Shown: piece by piece, positions 10,601-24,264 of the stretch
Layout of the letters: every line of letters starts with the position of its first letter
Position numbering within the stretch: the first letter of the stretch is position 1
Assembly (NCBI GenBank): GCA_977030845.1
Contig: OZ365118.1
Location: 18,228,001-18,292,000 of the forward strand
Direction: 5' to 3'
DNA length: 64,000 nt
Origin: Fimbriosthenelais zetlandica
Taxonomy: Eukaryota
The notes under the pieces: model-generated
Database searches by the model: none
Told to the model about the DNA's origin: nothing
What the model saw: the letters and a program-made list of their open reading frames with translations, nothing else
Translations under genes and position numbers: made by a program

Positions 10601-13600
10601 TCAGTCAGAACCGGAGACACATTAAATGGCCGACAGCCGGTCAGAGCATCAAATCAGATAAAGCCATACTATGGAACGCCTGCTTACTTCATGAGTTAAT
10701 CCCAAAATGTTATGTCCAGCTCATACTGAGTGCGATACAAATGACTCAACTCAACCCCGACATCCTCACCCCACAGAACGTCATGCAGGCCATCCCTAAC
10801 CTGCTGTCAGTGGATGAGAAGTGGAAGGGCCTGCTGGAGCCCTTCTTCAACTTGTTATTCATGCATCACGTCTTCTTCACTCAGTCTGTGGGTGATGAGA
10901 CCACCTATGGATCACGTCAGGTTTCTGCGCTGCGGGGCCGGTGGATCATGCTGGAGGAGAGCGTGTTTGACTGTATGAAGGAGACTGCCCCGTGTAAGGC
11001 AGTAGTCAAACAAGTCCTCATCGATGCTGGCGTCAAGGTAGTAGAGGTCCCCATGTGTGTCATCCACGCACTTGGAAGCTACGGCTCATACTCCCCTGAA
11101 ACCATCACACCGAACCTGCTCCGAGGAGCCGTCCGCTTCCACCCTGACACTTATAGGAAACTCTCTACCGGTGAACGCCTCACACTACTGGCTTACATGC
11201 TCAAAGATGAAGACTTCCCTGACCTGGAGGGCATCCAGATGCTGCCTCTAGATAATGGTCAGTTTGATATCTTCACTAATAGACCAGTAGCCTCCACCAT
11301 CTACATACCTACCACTGACCACCCGCGTGTCTTACTACCAGGCATGGGGCGGCGCCTCATCATGGACGACCTGGACAAAACCGTGCTGGAGAAATTAAAG
11401 AAACTGGCTCGCGAAGGTATATATTATTAAATCTTACTAAAAAATATTTTCCTTAATAAAATAATATTAGTCTAGGGCTCAAGATTAGAATAGAGTATGT
11501 GAAATTAATTAATAATCTTAGATTAGAATAGAGTATGTTAAATTTATTATATGAATTTAATCCAGAACATTGTACACTTTTTAAAATGTTCTAAATTGAA
11601 CATCTTTTCTAATAGGATTATTATTTTATTTCAGCTTGCTCTCAAGTCCGCCTGCTGCACAGAGAGGCTGTGATAAAGATGCTACCAGATGTCATCCCCC
11701 GAGACTGGATGCAGGAAGATGGTCAACCACTAGTCACCTACGACCCTTCTAACCCGCCCAGTGACACCTACCTCCCCCGGTCATGGTTCAGACATGTCTG
11801 GACCTACCTGCGTCATGAACTGCCTGGTAATCTAAACCCAGTAAACGGTCTACCCATCCTACCCCTGATAGACCGGGAGAACCTGATAGAACTAGTACCT
11901 CTCAACCTCCCCTCCACCACCGTGCTGGCCTCAGCCATGGGTACCTCTCTCACTCCAGACTGTATTAAAATATTAGATGTGAGTGGGCTGAGGGTGGTGA
12001 GAGATCTACCGGACTATGTACAAACCCACGCTGCTGTTATAGGCAACTACGTGAGGCTACCTCTAGCTGAGGACGTACTCGATGCTCTCACCACTGGACT
12101 AAACGCCAAAAAACTCAAACAAACCCAGGAGAAAATCAGAGACCTGACAACGGACAAGGAGAAGAGACATTTACGGTCCCTGCTGTCCAGGGTAGATCCT
12201 AGAAACATTGATGAGAGTCAGAGGAACACTGTTCGCTCCCTACCTGTGTTTCCTCTCTATAATAAAAACCAAGATGGTGAGCAGGTTTTTGTGAGTTTAG
12301 ATGAGGAGAAGCGAGCTGCTCCTCTATACATGCCTCCCATACACATCAGCATGCGACTGGTAGACGTGAAGGAGGACGATGCTAGACATTTAGCTAAAAT
12401 GGTGGGCGTGGTACCCATCCCTCTGTCTGTCTTACTCAAGGAATCAGTGTTGAAGGATTTAGTTGATGGGAAGTACAGCTCGGAGGATATCCAGCCTATC
12501 ATGGCGTTCACCACCCAGCACCTATCTAAACTCGTCATGGAGGATCAAGGTTTTGTGGACTATTTAAAGTCTCTACCCTTCGTCACCACCTCCGAGGGTC
12601 GGTTGGCGAAAGCTTCAGATCTATACAACCCACGGTCTGAGTTCCTACAGCGGCTCTTCTACGGCCAGGACATGTTCCCAGGCAGAGAGTACAGGCTGGA
12701 GATTGCTATAAATCTACTTCGCCAACTTGGTCTACGTGAGAAGAACCAGGTCACCTCAGACGAGCTGCTCCTGTGTGCTCAGTATATAGCCCAAACCTCA
12801 TCCAGCCCTGAGCCGATGGAGGACAATATTAAAGCTGCTCTAACATCAAAGGCTCAGCTCATACTGCAGTGCTTAGATCACAACCCTAACATACTGTATG
12901 AAGATGTCAATGAACTGCCCCTGGTCTGTAGCCTGATTGAGACTCCCTGGGTTCCTACCAATGATGAGAAACCATCACTCTACCCGGACAGTCTACCGTG
13001 GTATCAGTCCCCTGAATACTTCACCAGTCCTAAAGACATCAAGTCCGTGGAGTGGTACCATTTAGTAGGTTCAGTGATGAGTCTTAACACTCGTCAAGTG
13101 AGTCAGGAAGTGGCAGCATCATTCAGCTGGAGCCTTCCTCCGTCTGTATCAGTCGTCATCCGTCAACTTAACATGGTTATTGACAACTATAACAGTAAAG
13201 ACAAGGACAGGTACCTGATCATCATCACTAAAATATACCAGGAGCTGGCTGAGAACAATGTGACTCAACTAAAGCATACCCTGGACCAGCAGGAGATAAC
13301 TGAATGGGTGTGGAACGGTGATGGCTTCACAGCGTGTGATAAGATCTCAGTTCAGGCTCCCTTCATGGGACTTGAACCCTACATGTATTCTCTGCCCTCT
13401 GAGCTCATGAAGTACGAGGCTATGTTTCTAGAATGCGGCGCTAACCCTGTATGTGATGACAGATGCCTTGTGGACATTCTCAGTGCCATCTCTGACAAAC
13501 ATTCCAGTGATAAAGTAGATGCGGCATCCACACAGAGAGACCTACAACTTACCATCGATATACTCAACAAAATACAGAGTGACGAGAGCAGCTCACTAGG

Positions 13601-16600
13601 GGAGGAGCTGGAGGAGTTACTGCTCATCCCTGTAGCTACTGATGGAGTGGAGAAGCTGAGACTAGTACCAGTAACCGAGGCCACGTACTGTGATACAGAA
13701 TGGTTGAGGCAGGGTTTTGATCTAATGGAGTTTGATGAACAGGATGGTATTAACTTCATTCATCCCCTACTACCCACTAAGACGGCCGCGGCTTTTGGTG
13801 TGCCAACACTCATGAGTAGAATGCTTCACGCTGAGGAGTTAAATGTCACTGGATTTGGTCAGTCAGAACCCCTGACCAGTCGACTCAAACACTTACTACA
13901 AGATTACACCGATGGTCTAGCTATACCCAAAGAACTCATCCAGAACGCTGATGATGCTGGAGCCACTGAGGTGGCCTTCCTCTATGATGAGAGACATAAT
14001 TCTGATCACATGAAGTATCTGATAGATGAAGGTATGAAGGAGTGCCATGGACCTGCGCTCTGGGTTCACAATAATGCCCTCTTCTCTGATACTGACTTTG
14101 AGAACATCACTAAGCTTGGTGGGGCGACTAAAGAAACGCAGCCAGATAAAATCGGCAAGTTTGGTCTGGGTTTCAATGCTGTGTACAATGTAACAGACGT
14201 ACCAAGCTTCATCAGCCGTGATTTTATTGTCATCTTTGACCCACACACCACCCATCTGGGTAGAGGAATCCGTGATAGAACCAGACCAGGTATCAAAATT
14301 GAAATGAAGAAGAACAGGACTCTACTGAAGAAACTACCGGACCAGTTCCAGCCCTACCAGGGTGTGTTTGACTGTAATATATCCATGGATAACGACCAGC
14401 CGGCCAGTTATAACGGAACATTATTCAGACTGCCACTGAGAACATTACAGCAAGCTTCACGCAGTGAAATAAGTTCTATTCACTATGACAGAGATGAGAT
14501 GAGGAAACTGATCAAAATGATGATCGCTAGTGGATCCAATCTACTGCTGTACACTCAGAAAGTCACGTCTATCAAGTTCTACCACCTGCCAGCAGATGGT
14601 GAGAGTCCAGCTGATGCTAAGTTAATCTACCACGTGAATAAAGAGCAGGTTAGGGTGAGCAGGCCCTTGACTAACATCGCCACTAAACCTGTGACTACAT
14701 CCAGAAGTGCATTGAAAGTGAGTGTCCAACCAACGACGGCAGAGTTTAATATGTTAAAAGTCGGCAGTAACTTTCTTCAGAGTGTGGCTAAATCAAGGAG
14801 CCGCAAACTGGTGGGTGAATATGACTCTCCTGCCAAATCACTCGTGGTTAAAATCACTTGTGGTATAACAGAAGATGCCAAGAAGCTGCTGGAACTGAGT
14901 GAGAAGTCAGTGGATGATTATTGGTTACTCAGCTATGCCTGTGGCTATGGACAGTCTTTGACTATGGCATTAGAAGCGAGTGCCAAACAGAAGGGACATA
15001 ACACTATGGCTTCTGTGGCAGTGCCACTGAAACATACAGAAGATGGCTTCATACCAGTGGCTCTTGATGAAATACGGAAGAAAGGCATTGTATTCTGCTA
15101 CCTGCCACTACCAGGTACCAGTGGATTACCCGTCCATATCAATGGTTCATTCGCTGTACAGTCGAGTCGCCGATACCTGGCTGATCGGACAGAGGATGAC
15201 AAGGAGAATATCAGCGCTGAGTGGAATGAGGCGCTGATAGGAGATGCTGTATTGAGAGCCTATATACAAGCGATCAGAGACTCACAGTTATTAAGCCCCA
15301 CTGCCACTGCTATTAAATTCTACAGTCTGTGGCCGTGCAAGGCTCATGTAACACCCATGATGGCCACCCTACTACAAGGCTTCTATGATTACGTGGCAGC
15401 AAATCCTAGCATCCCAGCCTGGCATGATGGTTCACAACTTATCACCATGGAAAGGGCTGTATTTCTTGATCCACTCCTCGCCAAACGCCCCACCATCGCT
15501 GAACTAGTCATGGATGCTTTTAAACAGAATAAAAGCATTGCAAATGTGGTCGAAGTTCCACCTTTAATACTAGCAAGTCTAGAGAGCACGGGTCATTCTG
15601 AATTCATCCAAGGCAAAACCTACACCCAGGCGAGATTCTTCAAGGAAATATTCTTCCCAGACATTCAAGTCCTTGGACGAGAAACAAGAGACCCTCTGGT
15701 GCTATATGCTCTAGATAGGAACAACTCAGAGATGGACAATCTATTGAGGAATAACGCATGTATTCCAGTCACTCCTGATGGCAAGCAGCTACGTAAGCCA
15801 TGTGAGCTAGTCCATCCTGTCCTACAAGTGGCCAAGCTATACTCACCGGATGAAGGCTTCTTCCCGTGTGGAAAGGAGTTCATGGTTAGCCAACGTCTCG
15901 CTGCACTACAGAAGTTGGGCATGCAATCACAGGATCTGTCCTGGAACTGTGTCATAGAGAGAGCTCAGTCTATAGCCATCTTACTGCAGACTGATGGAGA
16001 AGCAGCTAAACAGCGGTCAGCACATCTTCTCACATTTCTTGATAGGAAACTGACAGTAAGTCAAAATCTGAAGGAAGAGGAACTGGAGCGAGCTCAGTGG
16101 GCTGGGAGCAAACTGAGACAGATTACATTCCTACCTCTGATGGAGAAACCAAAGGACTTCCCTCTACCCTGGAAGAACGATGAGTATGCACCTCATACAT
16201 TGCTGGCTCCTGATGATGTACAAGTGCGAGATTGGCTCTACCTGCTCTCTTCCACTCAGCCTGTAGTGGACGATGGCAGCATCATGACTCATCGCATCAA
16301 GTGCTTCCTTGGTATGAACACACGCAGGGTTGAAATAGAGCATGTCATGACTCAACTAGAACAAGCCATCAATGTCAACCCTCGATCACTCATTGCCAAG
16401 AAAACACTGGGTTACCTCCAGAAGGCCTGCTTCAAAATATACGATTTCCTACAGATGAAATGCTTAGAAGACGGCGTGACCGCACAGTTTGTGGCAGGGG
16501 CGCTTTCTGAGAGAAAATGTGTGCTAGTAAATGAAGATTTCCTAGCCCCCAAACAGTTGATTTTCGCTCCCTTGGCTGACTGTGCCCCCTACCTCTACAG

Positions 16601-19600
16601 TGTGCCTTCTGACATGGCACACAAGTTTAAGGACTTGTTACAGTTGCTGGGAGTGAGGGACAAGTTCTCAGTGGATGATCACATGTCTGTCATCCATGAG
16701 ATGCATAATAAGTCAGGGACTGAGCCGCTAGACCAGAGAGACCTGGAGCTGGCACTGAGAGCTGTAGCACTACTCAATGGTAGCATGAAGAGGGAAAAGA
16801 AGACAGCTCAACAGGTGGAGGAAGAACATGGTACTATATACATACCTAATGTAGCTGGTGTGTTACAACCAGCCTCGGTCCTCTGTTACAATGACTGTCC
16901 CTGGCTACAGAACACGGGTAATACTAACTTTACACATCAAGACATGACATACCAAGTCTCCACATTACTTGGTGTTAAAACCAAGAGACAAGAAGCCCTC
17001 CAGAAACATGCTCATGGTATCCCATTTGGACAGAAAGAAAGGCTGGCCAACAGCATCAAGAGGATCCTCAACAGCTACCCGTGTGATCATGAGATACTGA
17101 AGGAGTTAATTCAGAATGCTGACGATGCTCAGGCCACGGAGATTCATTTTGTGATGGATGGAAGACATCATTCAGAGAAACATTTATTTGATCGATCATG
17201 GCAGCCGCTACAGGGCCCAGGACTGGTGGTCTACAATAATAAACCATTCAAACAGTCTGACATAGAAGGTATACAGAAACTGGGGGAAGGCAGTAAAACT
17301 AACGACCCTAACAAGACAGGGCAGTACGGGGTGGGCTTCAGCTCAGTGTACCACCTCACTGATGTACCAGCTCTACTCACCGCCAGTGATGATCTCGGTG
17401 AAAATCTCTGTGTATTTGATCCTAACTGTCAGTATGTACCTGGAGCTACAGCAGCAGCTCCCGGTATGCAATACTCAGACATTAAAACATTACGAGAAAC
17501 CTTCCCTGATGTCTTCACCTGTTACATAGAAGATCAACTAGAACTGAAGAACGCCACCATCTTCAGATTCCCCCTGAGAAACGTCGCCATGGCCGCTAAA
17601 TCTGAGATCTCCAAGAAAGCCATCACCATGGCTCAAGTTCAGGGGCTCTTCCTCAAACTGAGGCAAGAAATATTTGACATACTCCTCTTCACAAACCATC
17701 TGACTAAAATCAGCATCTCTAACGTGGAAATAGCTACGGGCAAGATCAACAACACATACACAGTTCAGGCCATCCTCTCTGATGATGACATACAGAAACG
17801 TCATGATTTCTATGAGTATCTCTGCTCTGCTTCCACTAAACTCAAGGCTGGAGAGATTAAAATAGACGAGATCATCTCCCGCTCTATCACCTACAGGGTG
17901 AGAATATTTGACACCTTACAGAGGGAGGAGACATGGGTGGTATCTCAGCACATTGGTCTGGCTGAAGACACCCAGGTACCTGAGTCTATCATGACAGCTT
18001 TTGCTAACAGAGATCTGATGTTGCTACCAAGAGGTGGGTGTGCTGCACTACTGGAAAAACGCCATGAAGGCCAGCTAGTACAAGACAGTCAACCCAGGAA
18101 AGTCTTCTGCTTTTTGCCTCTGCCACTCGAGACTTCCCTGCCTATACATATTAATGGTCACTTTGCACTGGGCTATGAGAACAGGCGGCATATCTGGACA
18201 AATAGAGACGGTCCCGGTTACAAACAGGACTGGAATAACTTCCTGTCAACTGAGGTGCTGGCTCCAGCTTACCTCAACCTGATGCTGGGACTACGCATGG
18301 AGGGACTGAAGGCTGACATGAATGACAATGTGGCAGCTGTCTACTGTCAGAGACAGCTACTAGACAGCGCAATCAAAGCATACCAGTTATACTTCCCTGA
18401 CTTTGATGAAGCCAGACCACAGTGGAATCCTCTAGTCACCAGCTTCTACCAGAAAAGTGCTACCAGTGAAACACCTCTACTCCCGGCGGTCAAGGAAGAC
18501 TTGAGGCAGTTACAGAATGGACCTGCAGGAGCACAGAACAACAGCCAGCAGTGGAACGTGCTGTGGCTGTCACCTAAAGGCCAGGGCAGGAAGAAAGCCT
18601 TCTTCACACAGATGGACAAGTCAGACCCAGTAGAGGAACAGACATCACTTCTTGGTAAATTCAAGAATTACTTCCGCAGCTCGCAGCAGCCAGCTGTTAA
18701 GTCCGAGCATCAGATTCTCAAGGAAGTTTTACTTGATTGTAATTTTAAACTTCTTGAAGCCAGTCAGAGAATCATGGACAACTACCAGATGGCTGAGGTG
18801 GAGATCGACTTCATGTCTCCTGAAGGTGTTCTCCTATTCTTCCAGAGTTACTCCAGTGAGGCACCCATGTGTGACCTCTCTCCCCTCCCAGCTCCACTCC
18901 ACCAAACTCCATTCCGTGATGAAGTCACACTGAAAATAGTCCTCAAATACTGCCAGCAAGATAATCGATTCCTGGAGAAGTTAGACGGCACGCCACTCCT
19001 CCTCACTGGTGACAGTCAGCTGAGAGTATTCAGTGTGGAGGAGCCAGTGTTTTATACTCTCTATAATGATCTCATACCTGAATGTGGAGGCCGCTTTCTA
19101 CACCGCGTCATGCAGACTGAGGTGTTTAATGGAATCAACCCTGATCAGGTACCAGTCTTTACTCCACTCAGTATAGACACTCTCAGCACCATCCTTGAAC
19201 ACCGCCTCTCCACCGAGCAGTACTTTGAGAAGAGTGAGCCAGTAAAATGGTCACGTGGTATCACCCAGCCAGTGAGCACCTCGTGGATACAGAAGGTTTG
19301 GAGCTTCATCCGATCTCAGACAGAGGACTTATTTAAAAGGCGTGACCTGGAGGGGAAAGAACTGAGGAATGAACTCCAGGCCAGACTACAGCCTGTTGAA
19401 GATTGGTCTATCATACCAGCTAAAACACCCACTGATTCTTACCTAGTGTCGCTGAAAAACGCCCACAACATCCTGGACCTGCGGCAGGTAGAGGTGAGCG
19501 ACTACGGACTGAGGGAAGTCCTGCGGCAGATGAAAACACCAGAGCTGGCCTGTGATGTACTCAACATAGAATCAACCAGGAGTTCTGACCTGCTGCACCA

Positions 19601-22205
19601 CATGGTCACCACTCTAGATAGACCATTCGCAGTCTTAAGAATTGTGCATAAAAATGTGACCAATGAGAAGTATGCCATCAATACGAACCCTCGTGATTCA
19701 GAGAAGATACTGCGCTACTTCAGTGAGAATATAGACAAGATGGATGACGCTAGTGAAGCTTTTGATCTGCTATGTGCGCTGCCTTTCTACCGTACCATAC
19801 ACGATGATATGATCAGCATTACAGGCTGCCTGGTCTACACACTCCCACCCAAAATACCAACCAATGACATCGATATCTGGCAGAGCAAGTCAGGAACTGT
19901 CTTCCTGGAACGTAATGACAGACTAGCTCCACTTTATAACTTCCTGAAATGTGCCATGATTAGTACAACTGAGGTTTACTGTCAGTTCATCCTCCAGCAC
20001 TTTGAGTACCTGTCACCTGACGCCAGGACGGTACATCTAAAACATATCTACCACCACTACCTGAGAGACGGACCAGGCACCGACTCTAATCTAACAGAGG
20101 AGGAGAAACAGGAGCTGATGGAATCACTCCGAGGGTTAAACTTTATAGAGGACAGGGATGGAGTGCTTCATCAAGCCAGTGAGTTCTATGATCCAGAGAA
20201 TGTCTTATTCAGAGTGATGCTCACTGAAGAGAAGCTCCCGCCACGCGCTGGCTCTCAGTTCAGGGAGTCAGAGTGGCTCAATCTACTGAGGAAGTTAGGT
20301 CTGCAGAGTGAGGTCACCAAGGAACAGGTGGTCGGGTTCGCTCAGCAGGTGGCTCACGAGGGGAAGCTGGGAGATTCAGGCCATGCTGTAGCCAGGTCTA
20401 AAACACTAACAGAACACCTACTCACCATGCAGAACACATTCAGAGATGAAATCCTAGAGACAGTCTCAGAGGTCCCATTCATCGCCCCAGAGAAAGTCCA
20501 CCGCGATCTAAACGCCATCTACCCTCAGTACGGGGACGCTGGTAATGGTACAATGCCCTTTGTATCTTTTAAAGACAGTTTATCTAGAGATTATGAGAAT
20601 GTAGTGTGGACCAGAGCAAGTCTACTCCCATCATGGGCTGATCCAATGAAGCAGAACCTTCCACAGGAGGACCGCCTGGAGCTGATGGAATGTCTGGGTG
20701 TACAGAAGAAACCTCCCGCCAAGCTAGTCGTCTCTCATCTCATCAATCTGTGTGAACATGTCTCCTCACAGAGAGACCAGTCTCTGCTGGAAGCCCCGGC
20801 TAAAAGACATACACTGAAGACGGCTTATAAAGCGGCCTATCGCTATCTTCAGGACAACGGACTGGAGGACACCGAGGTGAAGGACCGGCTGAAGGATGAG
20901 CCGTGTGTACTGGTGGACGATGGTAGGAAGTTAATGGAGGCTCACTACACTGCCATTAACATGTATGAATCAGAGGAGATCAGACCCTACCTCTATAAAG
21001 TACCCGTGGAACTGGGTGAGTTCCATGTTCTCTTCCAACACATCGGTTCCACAGACAAACCGTCAGTTGACCAGTATGCCTCAGTCTTAGAGAGACTGCA
21101 GAAGAAGTCCGGCGGTCTGAAACTGACACCAAAGGAGCTGATGATCGCGTTTAGAGCAGTGAAGGGTTTATTTACATCACTGGAGGACGCGGAGGGACAG
21201 CGGGATATTAACACACAATGTCTGTACATACCCAGTGAGTCAGGCCATCTCATTGACTCATCATGCCTCGTCTTTAACGATGCTCCACACTTCTATGACA
21301 GAGTCACTGGCTTCGGTCTTCAGTTCTTATTTGATGTAAAGGAATGTGGGATGAAGTTTAGAAACATTGAGGACCTCCTGTGCCGCCTGCCTCAGAAGCT
21401 CCGTCCTGGAGTCCTCAGCAGCTATGTGAAGGAATGCCTGGTGGAGAAAGCCAAGAGAAGCGTGACAACGACAGGCATCGCCGCCGACCTGGCGCAGAGA
21501 CTGACATGTGAAGTGTTCATGAAGGCCGTCATGAGACTGGTACGTCATGAGACTAACCGGTCAGGACGTAAACTGGAGGAGCAGAGTATGTTCGACATCC
21601 TGGACAGACTGTCTACTATACATGTATACGCCGTCACCCAGCTTATGACACACCTCACCTATAAAGGCCGACCCATTAAAGGTAGTCACGTGGATAAAAC
21701 ATGCTTCGTGGAGAAAGTCCTAGGTCGACCTGACACATGGAATGTCTACATACGTGAAGATGCGAAATTAGAGCAGGATCTACTCATACCACTAGCTGAT
21801 GTCATTAACTCTATACTCAACGGTATACTCCGTGACTCGGTCCTCTTCCTCCTCCCCATCCTCGCCTGCCGACTAGATGAGATTGACCACAAACTGGACA
21901 GTCTAAATGTCCGGCTTGACCAGTCACAGGTGACCAAGCGGGTCTCTACCCTGCCCTCCCCCGGGACACCGGTCCACCCTGACCACCTCCTGCTCCTCCA
22001 CCAGGATGAAGATGAGAGTCTGGTGACTGATCAGTATGTAGCTTATAAAGAATCACCAGACTCACACCCCCTCTATGCTAAAGTCATAGAAGGTGGGCTG
22101 GACGAGTATGGCAAGAGTGTGGGTGATATTTACCTCGTTAATCTAGGTGAAGATAAAGACTGTGTTATTGCCTCTAAACAGTGTCTATACAGCCTGGACA
22201 GATAG
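7689..22205 (+). CDS. SACS: Sacsin-like protein, 4213 aa. Coding exons 7689-7737, 8195-8295, 8542-8658, 8866-9013, 9452-9579, 9889-11416, 11635-22205
   Basis: Exon lengths sum to 12642 nt (4214 codons); all junctions are GT-AG and in phase. Three sacsin HATPase-like repeats: [72 protein letters not shown], each followed by GTLFR/FPLR and FCF/YLPLP..GLPV/IHING motifs. Giant 10,571-nt last coding exon. In-frame TAG at 7659 lies upstream of the ATG. Confidence 0.93.
8043..8215 (+). repeat. 58-59 bp tandem triplication spanning a sacsin splice acceptor
   Basis: TGTGTATGAC(C/T)GTTATTCTAG|GCTC(T/G)CTA(A/G)TGGAG occurs three times (AG ends at 8077, 8135, 8194). Confidence 0.9.
9775..9848 (+). repeat. 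Intronic approx. 29-bp tandem repeat x3
   Basis: AATTATCAATAT(A/G)AAA core repeated three times. Confidence 0.8.
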
Positions 22206-22398
22206 ACCACTGTAGATTACAGATAGACCACTGTAGATTACAGATAGACCACTGTAGATTACAGATAGACAAACGACCTGCAGAGATTAAATGCCCTAGA
22301 TTATAGATTAACTATAGAGCCTGGAGAGATAATCCACCATAGATTATAGATTAACTATACAGCCTGGACAGATAGACCATCATAGATTATAGATTAAA
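22185..22398 (+). repeat. Composite minisatellite overlapping the sacsin stop codon
   Basis: 21-bp unit CAGATAGACCACTGTAGATTA x3 (22199-22261) plus approx. 46-bp units; 22185-22209 recurs exactly at 22355-22379. Confidence 0.9.
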
Positions 22399-22489
22399 TC
22401 CTGTATATTAGTGTGAGTACATTCCTATACTAGATCTGTCTTGCCATCAATATGTGATATCACAAGAGGGTAACTAGACGCCTTAAAGA

Positions 22490-23600
22490 GCTTAATGTTC
22501 ATGCAAACTGGCACTTTCTACAATTATAGAAGCTTGTAGAATATTCTAAATATTGTGTAAAAAGTGTAGAGGATTACTGAAAAGACGTATGTAAAAAGGA
22601 GGCGGGGTAAAATACTTACATTTATTTTGAATGACTTGAAAAGTAAAGTGTGATATTGAAGATGTTGTGCCAAGTATTTGACAATGAAGGGTTTACTTCA
22701 CAGTATCTGTTGAAGACTTGGTGAGTAATGTTTAAGTTTTTCTCTTTCATCAGATGGAGGTTTAGAACTTCGTCACAATCATTTCTTCATCCACAATCAG
22801 GAGGTAGGTCGATGATATATACTTGGTTCTGTTTTGTTCAAAGTTTTGAGTTTTGTTCATTTTTAATTTATAGATTTTAAGGTTACTGACACATCAATGG
22901 TATACTGGACCAGAAGTAAACTGGTAATGACATATACCATTTATTATTTTCTTCACGTTTGATTCAATTTTCTCCATGGAATATAGCAAAGGAAATCTTG
23001 AAAAGAAATTTCTCAAGTAATGAGAACGAATCTGGGTGGTTAATTAATTTATTTTAATATTTTGGGCGAGTCGTCGGCTACTATGAAGGGTGAAGAAATG
23101 ATTGTGGCCGAACTAAAAGGCTTGAGTATAGCCAGAGTTGATGGCTTTATTGTCCAATGGCTTCTATGCATTTTAATATGAATCCAGGGCAGGCGCTTTA
23201 TATATTGTCATACAATGTTGAAGCTTAAAACGTTTAGAAGGTCGTAGACTTTACATGCACTTGAGAAGTCTGATCCAGAGTGTAAAGTTTTGAATTAATT
23301 ATCAGAATGCTTTGACTACTTTCTGAGGGCAGAGAGTATTCTAGTTTAGTATCAGTTTCCACAGTGTGGGGTTGGGAGGTCTGCTAAGATAAACTTGATA
23401 TTTTTTATTTATCTAGTCCAAAATTCTTGTACAGAGTGCTATACATGCATATTCCCTTCAATCAGTTATCACAGGTTCTTTGTTCTGATTATTTTATTCT
23501 GTGATATGGGCCTGTAATATTAATTAACATATAAAGGCCTCCCGCATCCTCATAAGCTTATATATGGTTATTCACTGAGAAAATATTGACCTTTACATTA
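22490..23600 (-). mobile_element. Highly decayed L1/Tx1-like LINE ORF2 C-terminal relic
   Basis: Minus-strand fragments occur in the expected order and spacing: AYEDAGGLYMLINI (approx. 23557-23516; cf. DYEDGGLKMxDI), VYDLLN (approx. 23240), WHNIFNITL (approx. 22670), CRKCQFA (approx. 22510; CxxC knuckle). Many stops and frameshifts; motif matching by eye. Confidence 0.45.
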
Positions 23601-24264
23601 TATTGGTTAATATAAAATAAACCCTTTTAGCACCTTATTCAGTACACCCTGTCGAACAATGGCTTACCAACTTCGTACAATACTGTTATTTGTGTGTCAA
23701 TGTACAGACAATAATACTTTGACATTCGTCAATTAAGTCATACAGATTGGTGAAGTTTTCTTAGTTTTCATGGCTTTCTCAGAAATATTAGAAACAAAAG
23801 GCTTGAGGTGCAACAGATGGACATGTTTTAAAACCAGTTAACCTATGATATGAGCTAATGTAGACATTGTTACGTCATTGTTTTTCATCATATTATCTTG
23901 AATAAAACACTTTATTCTAGAGGAACAAAACGTTACTACTTTTACTATCTGCTTTTAGATAGGGTCCAGAATAGATTCTATGGCAGGGATAGTGTGAGCA
24001 TGTTACATGTTTTAACCTGGGTTATCTTATCATAGCGGACGTTAGGCTTTCAAGGTGTCTCACTCTTATCTCGGTTCATGGGTGACTATACTTGATAACT
24101 GATAAGTTGACTTAGATACACCAATCCAAGCTGTTCCATACCTTCTACATTATCATATATACCTATATTTATCTTGAATTAACCGTCGCTTCTTCCTATC
24201 CATGTTTGGTACATATTATGAAAAAATCTTGGATCTTTTTTTAAAGTTACTTGGCATCTAATGA

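Noticed and set aside
9900-21937. Many short alternative-frame and antisense ORFs inside sacsin
   Set aside because: Shadows of a long coding sequence, with no independent motifs.
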